A stretch of 20,000 nt of DNA, taken from the IMG/VR virus record IMGVR_UViG_3300047561_001544. The stretch is one strand, 5' to 3'. Shown piece after piece: positions 8,295 through 16,705 of this stretch. The notes below the pieces were generated by a model. That model was not told the DNA's origin. It was given only the letters and a program-made list of their open reading frames with translations, and searched no databases. The position numbers and the translations under genes were made by a program. Origin of the DNA: an uncultured virus (IMG/VR IMGVR_UViG_3300047561_001544) (taxonomy: Duplodnaviria > Heunggongvirae > Uroviricota > Caudoviricetes). Numbering within the stretch: the stretch's first letter is position 1; every line of letters begins with the position of its first letter.

Positions 8295-9233
8295 ATGAAC
8301 TACTTCGATGAAATGGTGGGTCAAGAAAAGACTAAAAACATTTTGGGCTTTTACATTGACGCTTTTGAAAAAACTGAACTCCTACCCAACTTGTTTATTG
8401 TTGGTCAACGCGGACAGGGTAAAACAATGCTTGCAACTCAGGTTGCCAAGAATTTGCGCTCTACAAGTTTGGGGCGTGTTAAGCCGATGCTCACAATCAA
8501 CTGTTCCACGTTGAAAAACGTGCGCCAATTTATTGAAGACATTGTGCTTCATTATGTGCGCGATCAACACATCACGCTTTTCTTTGACGAGGCTCACGAA
8601 ATGCCAACCCAGGTTCAAACCTGCCTGTTGACAGTCTTGAACCCGAATAAAAACAACATGAATACTCTTCGTTTCGAAGATTACCATATTGAATTTGATT
8701 TCAAGAAGGTTAGTTTTATCTTTGCGACGACTGATCCTCAAAAAGTTATCACTCCTCTCAAAGATCGTTGCAAAATGATCCACATGGAAGAGTATAAGTA
8801 TCAAGACCTTGCTAAGATTATTGAAGATAATAGCGAGGACGTTACTTACTGCCCCGAAACGCTTGAAGATATTGCGAGTGTTTGCCGTGGTAATGCGCGT
8901 AACGCTACCCTCATGGCTAAAGATAATATTATTCAGTATGCGCGCCGACATGGCGTGACTGATATTGATAAGGCTATTTGGGGAAAAATCAAAGATATTC
9001 TTGGAATTTTGCCGCTGGGTGTCGAAAATACCGAGTTACAGATTCTAAAAGTTCTCAAGGACAAGTATATTTGTTCGCTCACAAATTTGAGTGCGGTTAC
9101 TGGTCTTTCGACAAACGCAATCCGTGCAGAGTTTGAATTGTATCCGCTCAAGCATAGTCTTATGGAAGTGGCACAGGGTGGTCGCCGTTTGACACCTAAA
9201 GGCCGCGAGTATCTTGAAAAGATTGGCGAATAA
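8295..9233 (+). CDS. ruvB: RuvB-like AAA+ ATPase (Holliday junction branch-migration motor family)
   Basis: FDEMVGQE, Walker A GQRGQGKT, Walker B LFFDEAH, sensor 1 FATT, arginine finger PLKDRC, sensor 2 RGNAR, and C-terminal winged helix ending GRRLTPKGREYL. Confidence 0.85.
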   Translation: MNYFDEMVGQEKTKNILGFYIDAFEKTELLPNLFIVGQRGQGKTMLATQVAKNLRSTSLGRVKPMLTINCSTLKNVRQFIEDIVLHYVRDQHITLFFDEAHEMPTQVQTCLLTVLNPNKNNMNTLRFEDYHIEFDFKKVSFIFATTDPQKVITPLKDRCKMIHMEEYKYQDLAKIIEDNSEDVTYCPETLEDIASVCRGNARNATLMAKDNIIQYARRHGVTDIDKAIWGKIKDILGILPLGVENTELQILKVLKDKYICSLTNLSAVTGLSTNAIRAEFELYPLKHSLMEVAQGGRRLTPKGREYLEKIGE

Positions 9234-9249
9234 ATAATAGAAATAGCTA

Positions 9250-9278
9250 TTGACAAACTATCAAAATACATATATACT
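9250..9278 (+). promoter_or_regulatory. sigma70-like promoter
   Basis: TTGACA-N17-TATACT, 6 nt before ATG 9285. Confidence 0.75.
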
Positions 9279-9284
9279 TTATAA

Positions 9285-9809
9285 ATGATGAAAACTGAAA
9301 ATAATATAAAGCTGGTTCCAATCAATAACCTTCAACGTGGGGATAAATTTCAAATCCCTTCTGTTAAGGACACAATGCGCGACTTGACCTTTATCTCTTC
9401 TACGGATACGAGTACGCTTATCGAGGGTCAGAAGCGCGACACTATTAATGATAACTGGAAAGGTTTCCGATTCCATGTTTCTAATGGAGTCATGGTTCAA
9501 CTTGTTGACAAGTTTGAAGAAAATTTTATGGAAAACACAAACACTGCGACTGCTACGGCAGAGCAAAATACAGGAGAGGCTTCCGCGCCCAAGCGCAGGG
9601 GTCGCCCCTCCAAGGCAAAGCTCGCCTTCAATCAACTCAAGGGGGTTGCTGGTGAGTTCACGGTTAGGGACGTTGTCGAGAGCAACGATATCAAGGAGTA
9701 CGAGGTTCACAATTTGATCCGCAGCGCGGTTCAGAGTGGGAAGGTTCGTGTGGTCAAGGAGCTTGTTGGTGGGCGTGGTAAGCCCCGCAAGGTCTACAAA
9801 CTGGCCTAA
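9285..9809 (+). CDS. putative DNA-binding protein with AT-hook and C-terminal winged-helix-like domain
   Basis: KRRGRPSK AT-hook after a T/A-rich linker, then FTVRDVV...GKVRVV..GRGKPRKVYKL resembling a wHTH wing. Confidence 0.7.
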   Translation: MMKTENNIKLVPINNLQRGDKFQIPSVKDTMRDLTFISSTDTSTLIEGQKRDTINDNWKGFRFHVSNGVMVQLVDKFEENFMENTNTATATAEQNTGEASAPKRRGRPSKAKLAFNQLKGVAGEFTVRDVVESNDIKEYEVHNLIRSAVQSGKVRVVKELVGGRGKPRKVYKLA

Positions 9810-9825
9810 GTGTAATCAAGGATAA

Positions 9826-9896
9826 GCCTGGTTAGTTTAATGGTAAAACGGTTGATTTGTAATCATCTGACGCCAGTTCGATTCTGGCACTGGGCT
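9826..9896 (+). tRNA. tRNA-Thr(TGT), no encoded CCA
   Basis: Acceptor GCCTGGT/ACTGGGC; D arm GTTT/AAAC; anticodon loop TT-TGT-AA; T arm GCCAG-TTCGATT-CTGGC. Confidence 0.9.
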
Positions 9897-9914
9897 CATT
9901 CTATTTAATAAACT

Positions 9915-10196
9915 ATGATTAGTAAGCACGTTAATGAGATCCTAGAAGTTTGTAGGGAAAACTATCGTACCATCAAATGCGTAGAAGCTCTACATGATTC
10001 GTACAAGAAATTCGAAATTGAATCGAGTAATCTTTATCCTGATTTGGAATCCAAAGATGTTTTTATTCTAAATAATAATAAAGTCTTTACTACTGATGAT
10101 CTAGAGTTTGCAGAGATTATGAATCTTAATGGTAACCAAGTAGTATTTTTGGGGAATTATCGTTTCTTCTTTGAAGATAGTGTATTTAATATTTGA
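9915..10196 (+). CDS. hypothetical protein, 93 aa
   Basis: ATG ORF filling the space between two tRNAs. Confidence 0.65.
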   Translation: MISKHVNEILEVCRENYRTIKCVEALHDSYKKFEIESSNLYPDLESKDVFILNNNKVFTTDDLEFAEIMNLNGNQVVFLGNYRFFFEDSVFNI

Positions 10197-10206
10197 TAGC
10201 ATTAAA

Positions 10207-10280
<74 letters not shown>

Positions 10281-10291
10281 TTTTTATTAAC

Positions 10292-10834
10292 ATGGCACAT
10301 TTAGATCAACGTATATTTTGTGAATCAATTAAAACCAAATTGTCACATTACTTTTCTAATAAAAAAGTATTAGACATTGGATCGCTCGATATTAATGGTA
10401 ATAATCGATTTTTATTTCAAAATTGTGATTATACAGGTGTTGATATTGGTCCAGGTTTAAATGTTGATGTAGTTTCATTAGCACATGAATTTGATATGCC
10501 GAATAATACTTATGATGTCATTATATCTACAGAAGCTTTTGAACATGATATGTATTATGATTTAAGTATTAAAAATATTATTAAACTCTTAAAAAATAAA
10601 GGATTATTTTTATTTACCTGTGCTACGACTGGTCGTCCAGAACATGGAACAATTAATTTTAGACAGGAAGACTGCCCTCTAACGAAGGAGGACGAAAACT
10701 GGTCTCAATATTATAAAAATTTAACAAAAGAAGATTTTTTAAAAATTAAAAACTTTGAAGATTCTTTTGATACTTATAATTTTTATACTAATAATAATAT
10801 GTGTGACTTATACTTTTATGGAATCAAAAAATAA
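10292..10834 (+). CDS. class I SAM-dependent methyltransferase
   Basis: Start moved to ATG 10292 because the track start lies inside tRNA-Pro. Motifs VLDIGS, YTGVDI, YDVIISTEAFEH and LLKNKGLF. Confidence 0.85.
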   Translation: MAHLDQRIFCESIKTKLSHYFSNKKVLDIGSLDINGNNRFLFQNCDYTGVDIGPGLNVDVVSLAHEFDMPNNTYDVIISTEAFEHDMYYDLSIKNIIKLLKNKGLFLFTCATTGRPEHGTINFRQEDCPLTKEDENWSQYYKNLTKEDFLKIKNFEDSFDTYNFYTNNNMCDLYFYGIKK

Positions 10835-11402
10835 TTTTACAAATTCAATAATCGAAGAATTTTCAGAATTTATTTCTGATGAAGAATCTAATAAATTGAT
10901 AGAATTGGCAGAAATAGATCTAAAAAAAATGACAGTTTTAGGAGAAAGTTCCCCTAATGATTACAGAATTGCTGAAGGAACTTGGTTATCAAACGACCAA
11001 GAACCAATGAAAATGATCAGATATAGAATCTCCCAACTTCTGGATATTAATCCAGAAAATATGGAAGCGACCCATATTGTGAAATATAATGTTGGAGGTG
11101 AGTATAAAGTTCATCATGATTTTTTTCATACAAATACTGATTATTCAGAGTCAGCATTGAAGCGCGGTGGTCAAAGAGTTTATACAGCATTAATTTATTT
11201 AAATGATAATTTTACAGGAGGGGAAACAGAATTTCCAAAACTTAATATAACAGTAAAACCAGAAAAAAATAAACTGGTAATTTGGAAAAATTTAAAAGAT
11301 AATGATGAATTAAATATGGATAGTTTACACGCTGGACTTCCCGTGAAATTAGGATGTAAATATATTTTAATAATTTGGATTAGGAAAAATAAATTTATCT
11401 AA
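10818..11402 (+). CDS. prolyl 4-hydroxylase-like 2OG-Fe(II) oxygenase
   Basis: Likely start at ATG 10818. EFISDEE..LI, E..HIVKY..GGEYKVHHD (HxD), GGQRVYTALIYLND..GGETEFP and SLHAGLPVKLGCKY match the P4H alpha-subunit catalytic pattern. Confidence 0.88.
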   Translation: MESKNNFTNSIIEEFSEFISDEESNKLIELAEIDLKKMTVLGESSPNDYRIAEGTWLSNDQEPMKMIRYRISQLLDINPENMEATHIVKYNVGGEYKVHHDFFHTNTDYSESALKRGGQRVYTALIYLNDNFTGGETEFPKLNITVKPEKNKLVIWKNLKDNDELNMDSLHAGLPVKLGCKYILIIWIRKNKFI

Positions 11403-11408
11403 TTTTTA

Positions 11409-12047
11409 TCATATATTTAATAATTGAATATCTTGATTAATTAAATTTAAATCACGAGAATCCTTTAAACAAGCGTAATGTATAAAAAAACTTTCTATTT
11501 TTTTATTTGTAGAGTGATCAATACAATTATTCCATTTCCATCCGATATCAAAAGTAGGAATTTCAAATTCTGAAATATTATAATTTATATAAGTTTGTTC
11601 GGCATAATTATCTACTAAATAATCTTTTAATAACAATAAGTTTTTATGCAAATGTGAAAAAACAATAACTCCAGTATTAAAATATTTTTTAACGACATTA
11701 TTATTTTCTTTTATTAAAATATTTTGTAATAGTCTTTCTGGAAAATACTGCCCCTCTTCTAAAATTCCTACCTTTTCTTCGGGTACATATTCAAAAATAT
11801 TGGGAGCTATATTTAAATTAATTAAAATATCTATATCAATATAACAAATTCTTTTATATTTTTTTAAAAATTTATAAATTGCAAATTTATTATACTGTTT
11901 AATTTTAAAATTTAATTCTTCGTTTAAAATAATAAAATCAATATTATATTTTTTTGCGTACTCCTTCATAAAAGGAACGGTTAATTCCGATACTTTTTTA
12001 AAATTATCCCCTATGCATAAAGTAATAATAGCGTAATCTGAATTCAT
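11409..12047 (-). CDS. GT-A glycosyltransferase, GT8-like
   Basis: YKRICYIDIDILI (DxD), YFNTGVIVF, EQTYINY, KWN and FIHYA. Confidence 0.8.
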   Translation of the reverse strand: MNSDYAIITLCIGDNFKKVSELTVPFMKEYAKKYNIDFIILNEELNFKIKQYNKFAIYKFLKKYKRICYIDIDILINLNIAPNIFEYVPEEKVGILEEGQYFPERLLQNILIKENNNVVKKYFNTGVIVFSHLHKNLLLLKDYLVDNYAEQTYINYNISEFEIPTFDIGWKWNNCIDHSTNKKIESFFIHYACLKDSRDLNLINQDIQLLNI

Positions 12048-12076
12048 AATTTTAAGTCTAAGTGCATAATTGATAT

Positions 12077-13141
12077 TTATATTAATAAATTATGATAATA
12101 TGAAAAAACTGATTCAATATCTTCATATTTATTAGAATTTTTTAAAAATAAATTAAGTTTAGGTATTTTATATGTTTCGAATAGAAAATTTTGAATTCTT
12201 TTAATATCTAAAGATACTAATTTTTTATTTGAAAAATATTCATTTATTTTTTTAAGATTACCTTCGTCTGTTAAATTAAATTTTGAATGATTTATATACC
12301 CTGGCAATGATTTTATATTAAAAATTTCTGAATCGTCAAAACAAAAGCCTATTTTATTTAATAAATAGACTTCCAACATATAAGTATATACAATTAATTT
12401 CTCATTTTTAATAAAATTATGGCAGGCGCGTATTTTCGGAGTTAGTCCTTGCCAGTTGTCCATATTGAAAAATAACATATCAAAAATATATTGCTGATTA
12501 CATGCTTCAAATAAATTCATTAATTCGGGGTGATAACTAATAAAATAATTTACCCATAAATTTTGTTCTGGGACTAGATTATAAGAACTTAAATTTAAAA
12601 AATTAAAATTAACTATTTTAAGTAAGTCCTCTTTTTGGCCAAAATAAAATTTATCATTCCAAAAAAATACGGCTGGAACGTAATGAGATAGTGCTGCAGG
12701 GTGTTGCGCTAAACCAATTTTATAATTTAATCCATAAGCCCTATCTAAATTAATAAACTTACTCGGATTTGTTTCTAATAATTTTGTAACATTTTTAAAA
12801 TTAAATCCGTCAACGTGTGCAGATTTATCGGTTCGAAGCTTTAAAACAAAAGAGTCATCTGGACATAATTTTAAACCTGAGTGCGTGGTAATAAACTGTT
12901 TTAAATAGTTTCCTTTTATTTTTAAATTCAAAGTTGATTCGTGTTCTTTATTTTCAATAACAATAATTTTATATTTTTTTAATTCAGATAAAATTTCTGG
13001 AAATAAAAATAAATCGTTTTCCCAAGTCGATAGTATTATATTTTCAATAAGACCCTGCTCTTTAGCTTTTCCTAAAAAATTAATATTATCTTTTAAAACT
13101 GTAGGATTTCTAATTTTTCCACATATAATTGCCCATTTCAT
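12077..13141 (-). CDS. WavE-like polysaccharide synthesis protein
   Basis: IICG, IILSTWE, NYLKQFITTHSGL, VLKLRTD, DKFYFGQKEDL and VPEQ resemble WavE-family motifs. Confidence 0.65.
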   Translation of the reverse strand: MKWAIICGKIRNPTVLKDNINFLGKAKEQGLIENIILSTWENDLFLFPEILSELKKYKIIVIENKEHESTLNLKIKGNYLKQFITTHSGLKLCPDDSFVLKLRTDKSAHVDGFNFKNVTKLLETNPSKFINLDRAYGLNYKIGLAQHPAALSHYVPAVFFWNDKFYFGQKEDLLKIVNFNFLNLSSYNLVPEQNLWVNYFISYHPELMNLFEACNQQYIFDMLFFNMDNWQGLTPKIRACHNFIKNEKLIVYTYMLEVYLLNKIGFCFDDSEIFNIKSLPGYINHSKFNLTDEGNLKKINEYFSNKKLVSLDIKRIQNFLFETYKIPKLNLFLKNSNKYEDIESVFSYYHNLLI

Positions 13142-13926
13142 TATTTATTTATATAATATAGATACGCTTTGTCTTTAATTAATTTAAATTTTTTATTTTC
13201 AATGAATGCACCATCTTTTAATAAAGGCGTACGAGTTTGTTCAACAGACCAATGTTTAAAATTTTCATTATATAATTCATGAATGAATTTTCTATTAAAA
13301 AAATTATTATAATCGATACTATATAGTTTAGTTGTTTGATTATTATGATAAAAAATATGATTAGTATTATTTTTTACTAAATACCTATCATTTATCTTTA
13401 ATATTTTATAAATACTATTTGTATATACTCCAGGACCAGTCATAATATGAATATCATTTATTCTATTATCTATTGGAATAGGTTGTCTTTTCATCCAAAT
13501 ATTTTTAGTGATCTCCTCTATTATTTTTTCTAAAATGATATGTTTTTTATTAAAAATCAGTACCCATTGCGCAAAATAAGGAGAATCTTCTTTACTGATT
13601 AAAGCGTCTAAATCAGTATCAATTAGTTTGTCCAGATTTTGCTCACAAAAAGTATCAATATCGATATATACACCACCGTAATAATATAATACTAAATATC
13701 TCCAAAAGTCTGTTTTCGCAACCATTATATTTAATTTATTGAAAGCTTCCCAAATTTCTTTTGGATAATTTGTTTTAACAAAATCGTGAATATCATCATC
13801 ATTAAATAATAGATGTGCATAATTTGGATTATAATATTTAATTTTATCTATTCTAGTCTTAACAGAATTGACCACCTTTGTATAGTCCTTCTGCCTCCAT
13901 GTTTGAAATATTTGTTTGGGTATCAT
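13141..13926 (-). CDS. GT32 / OCH1-like glycosyltransferase (DXD sugar-binding family)
   Basis: MIPKQIFQTW, KTDFWRYLVLYYYGGVYIDID and TGPGVYT. Confidence 0.88.
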   Translation of the reverse strand: MIPKQIFQTWRQKDYTKVVNSVKTRIDKIKYYNPNYAHLLFNDDDIHDFVKTNYPKEIWEAFNKLNIMVAKTDFWRYLVLYYYGGVYIDIDTFCEQNLDKLIDTDLDALISKEDSPYFAQWVLIFNKKHIILEKIIEEITKNIWMKRQPIPIDNRINDIHIMTGPGVYTNSIYKILKINDRYLVKNNTNHIFYHNNQTTKLYSIDYNNFFNRKFIHELYNENFKHWSVEQTRTPLLKDGAFIENKKFKLIKDKAYLYYINK

Positions 13927-13950
13927 ACACTTTTTAATTAAAATATATAT

Positions 13951-13970
13951 TTATATTACATGTAATATAA
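13951..13970. promoter_or_regulatory. 20-bp perfect palindrome between divergent genes
   Basis: TTATATTACATGTAATATAA equals its own reverse complement and lies in the 61-bp gap between starts 13926(-) and 13988(+). Confidence 0.7.
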
Positions 13971-13987
13971 TTATTCTACAGTAATTT

Positions 13988-14965
13988 ATGATAGATATTC
14001 TTTTTGAAGATACTAATTTTGTCCCAGTCAATACTAAAAAAATTGTAAGATATGGGGAGGTGCTTAGTCCACCAGTTATAGCTTATGACTATATTAATAG
14101 TACTAATAATACTAAAAATATAGACGTTATAGCTCTAGACTCTTCCGAGAGTAATTGGAAAATAGAATTATTAAAACAATCTTTTTTAGAATATAATCAA
14201 AATAATTTGAATTTAAATTTAACAATATTAAATACTAAAAATATTTCTAAACAGTTGGCCTCCTTAAAAAATTATTTATATAATTCAAATTTTAATAGTG
14301 AATATGTATTATTAATAGATTCTAATTTTTTATTTACAGATTGTTTAAATAAACTAACTTTTAATAAAGAGTTTTTTGGTTCAAAACCTTTCTGTCATAT
14401 AAGTACAGAGGGTTCTTTTTGGAACAATACGATTGATTTAGTTTTATTTTTAATTAAAACTGCGGAATTTTATAAAAAAAATTTAAACGCTAACATAAAT
14501 ATAGATAAATTAAATTTTTATAAGGTATATGGTTTCCCGATGTATTTTAAAACAGATTTTTTAAAAAATATAATAAGTAGGTGGGAGGGCTTAACAAATT
14601 ATTTTTATTTTAATGACCATATTGATAATAATTTACATAAAAATGAATTAGCATGCCTATACGCACTTTCTTTTTGTCTTATCGAGCGTAACTTAATTAG
14701 TGATGAGACGCTAGACATTTCCTATATTACCTCTGAGCATTCAAATTTTAATATTAATTATTTATTATATAATCATAGAAATAAGTTAATATCTAACGCA
14801 ACAAAAGTTAAAATTTTTGATTCGAAGACTTATAAACCTTGGAGTTTAATAAATTATACTGTAGATAGTATGGATTATACATCAATTAAAATTTTTATTG
14901 AAGTATTTAATTATTTAATTTTCAAAAAGACGGGTATTGAGAAAGCGACTATAATTCCGGTGTAA
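13988..14965 (+). CDS. divergent paralog of the downstream HPAT/SERGT-like glycosyltransferase
   Basis: Collinear blocks shared with 14977..15888: NWKIELLKQSFLEY vs NWQTNVLYESFLEY; YVLLIDSNFLF vs YIILLDPDFIF; FPMYF..FLKNIISRW vs CPYII..LLSKIIDRW; LYALSFCLIE vs MYAFSFALAE; IFDSKTYK vs VFGKRSYK; C-terminal IIPV vs IIPY. Confidence 0.7.
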   Translation: MIDILFEDTNFVPVNTKKIVRYGEVLSPPVIAYDYINSTNNTKNIDVIALDSSESNWKIELLKQSFLEYNQNNLNLNLTILNTKNISKQLASLKNYLYNSNFNSEYVLLIDSNFLFTDCLNKLTFNKEFFGSKPFCHISTEGSFWNNTIDLVLFLIKTAEFYKKNLNANINIDKLNFYKVYGFPMYFKTDFLKNIISRWEGLTNYFYFNDHIDNNLHKNELACLYALSFCLIERNLISDETLDISYITSEHSNFNINYLLYNHRNKLISNATKVKIFDSKTYKPWSLINYTVDSMDYTSIKIFIEVFNYLIFKKTGIEKATIIPV

Positions 14966-14976
14966 TAATATCAAAT

Positions 14977-15888
14977 ATGCACAAGTATACAGTAATTGTT
15001 ACAAAAAACAATAGTGATTATATAAATTGGCAAACAAATGTTTTATATGAATCTTTTTTAGAATACCATAAGAACGATAAAAATTTTAAATTTATAGCGC
15101 TAGTTTCAAAAGATCAAAAATATTTAGAAAGTCCAAATTATCCATATATTTATTTTAATCATATTAATGTATTAAATAATGATAATTATATAGTTTATAA
15201 TAGAATTCTTAGTTTGAGGGAATATTTAAGAAGTATTGAATTAAGTGAGAATCGTTATATAATTTTATTAGATCCAGATTTTATTTTTTTAAAAAAATTT
15301 GATTTAGATATCAGTACAACAACCGCACAATTTTGTAGTTATTTAATAAATCATGAAGTTCTTAATTTTTTTCAAAAAACGTACGAGTCCGATGTAAAAG
15401 ATTTTTATTGCCCAGTAGCCTGTCCGTACATTATAAATGAAGTCCTTTTGTCAAAAATAATTGATAGATGGTTAGAATTAGCAGTTGATTTCAGAACAAA
15501 TAATATTAAAGATAGTCCGTTATACCAAAATTGGATATGTGAAATGTATGCTTTTTCATTTGCGTTAGCTGAAAATAAAATCCAAGTAGATATTAAAAAT
15601 TTTTGCGAATCTCCTCCAGGAGGTGATTATATATCAAATGAAAATTTAATTTTTTATCATTATTGCTATGACATTAGACATAATAAAACTAATCAACTAG
15701 TATTCGGGAAAAGATCGTATAAATTTGGACATTATATAGATCTTAATGGTCTAGAATATAATATTGGAAAAGACTCTTATAATTTCATTTCAAATTTTAA
15801 TTATTTCACTAAAAAATTAGGAGCTAAAGAGCAAGTTGAAGAAAAGTTTAATAAAGCATTTCTAACGCCACAAATTATTCCATATTAA
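14977..15888 (+). CDS. hydroxyproline O-arabinosyltransferase / peptidyl-serine galactosyltransferase-like (GT95/GT96) glycosyltransferase
   Basis: YINWQ, DNYIVYNR, LLDPDFIF, WICEMYAFSFALA, FYHYCY and FGKRSY occur in the order of the plant HPAT/SERGT1 motifs as recalled (WQ, YxxxN(R/K)P, (E/D)xD, WxxEMYxY, HY, FDKR). Confidence 0.72.
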   Translation: MHKYTVIVTKNNSDYINWQTNVLYESFLEYHKNDKNFKFIALVSKDQKYLESPNYPYIYFNHINVLNNDNYIVYNRILSLREYLRSIELSENRYIILLDPDFIFLKKFDLDISTTTAQFCSYLINHEVLNFFQKTYESDVKDFYCPVACPYIINEVLLSKIIDRWLELAVDFRTNNIKDSPLYQNWICEMYAFSFALAENKIQVDIKNFCESPPGGDYISNENLIFYHYCYDIRHNKTNQLVFGKRSYKFGHYIDLNGLEYNIGKDSYNFISNFNYFTKKLGAKEQVEEKFNKAFLTPQIIPY

Positions 15889-15946
15889 TTATAGAGTATC
15901 AGGCTATTCTTAAAAATAAACGGTATAAATTAGTGTAATAAATTAA

Positions 15947-16285
15947 ATGTATAAGTATAAAGGCGTAGTTATAGAAGTTCACGATGGAGACACTTTAACT
16001 GCTGATATTGATTTGGGTTTTGGTGTTTGGTTAAAAAATCAAAAGTTTCGTTTGGCTAAAATTAATGCGCCAGAACTTAAAGGGGCAACTGCCGTTGCCG
16101 CTGCTGCCGCAAGAGATCGGTTAGCACAACTTGTTTTAAATAAAAATGTCACTATCAATACCAATCACGATCAAAAAGAAAAATTTGGCCGCTGGTTGGC
16201 GACTATTCTGATAGAAGAAGATAAAAATTTAATCGAAGTAAATGGAAAACTTATTGCAGAAGGATATGCTAAAAGTTATAATTGA
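15947..16285 (+). CDS. thermonuclease (staphylococcal nuclease-like)
   Basis: VHDGDTL..DIDLGF, RLAKINAPE, EKFGRWLA and VNGKLIAEGYA. Confidence 0.9.
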   Translation: MYKYKGVVIEVHDGDTLTADIDLGFGVWLKNQKFRLAKINAPELKGATAVAAAAARDRLAQLVLNKNVTINTNHDQKEKFGRWLATILIEEDKNLIEVNGKLIAEGYAKSYN

Positions 16286-16306
16286 TTTTTAAGTGTAATA
16301 AAACTT

Positions 16307-16705
16307 ATGCCAATTGAAGATACAGATATTCCGACTATTGATAATAAAGCGGACTTTCAAATTGATAATTAGGTTGAACGTTTTTATGTTTATCGTGTGA
16401 CTTCTGCACCCAGCGTAACTCCCGACATAAGAGGTTTAAGATTTTATAAATTTAATCAAAAGTATCTTAGATTAGACACTTTTATTAGTGAAGATGGCAA
16501 TTATTACATTTCAGCATATTCAAGCGGCGGAACTACTGGATATTGGGTAATAGGCACAATAATCGGGGATAGTAGCGGTGGAGCAAATCGTTTTAGTTCT
16601 ACATTCAATGTTACTTTTTTACCGTATGGTAGTAGTCCTATAGACACAAGTTATAGTAGTCTAGCTGGAACATTATTACTATCAAAAATAACAAGTAACG
16701 AATAA
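16307..16705 (+). CDS. beta-rich, possibly virion protein interrupted by an in-frame TAG at 16370-16372 (readthrough, pseudogene or sequence error)
   Basis: ATG 16307 is in frame with track ORF 16397..16705, separated by a single TAG. It is preceded by AAGTGTAATA at the same spacing as the thermonuclease gene. Confidence 0.6.

Noticed and set aside
9505..9533. Internal promoter at TTGACA 9505
   Set aside because: No acceptable -10 hexamer at 16-18 nt spacing.
1748..9710. Minus-strand ORFs 1748..2044, 2682..3008, 3143..3412, 3600..3788, 4521..4799, 4828..5145, 5466..5726, 8382..8951, 8933..9325 and 9279..9710
   Set aside because: Antisense shadows of well-supported + strand genes, with no recognisable motifs.
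10755..10817. Apparent signal peptide on the P4H-like protein (MKILLILIIFILIIICV)
   Set aside because: It starts at a TTG and lies wholly inside the methyltransferase gene in AT-rich sequence. ATG 10818 is more parsimonious, though a membrane anchor is not formally excluded.
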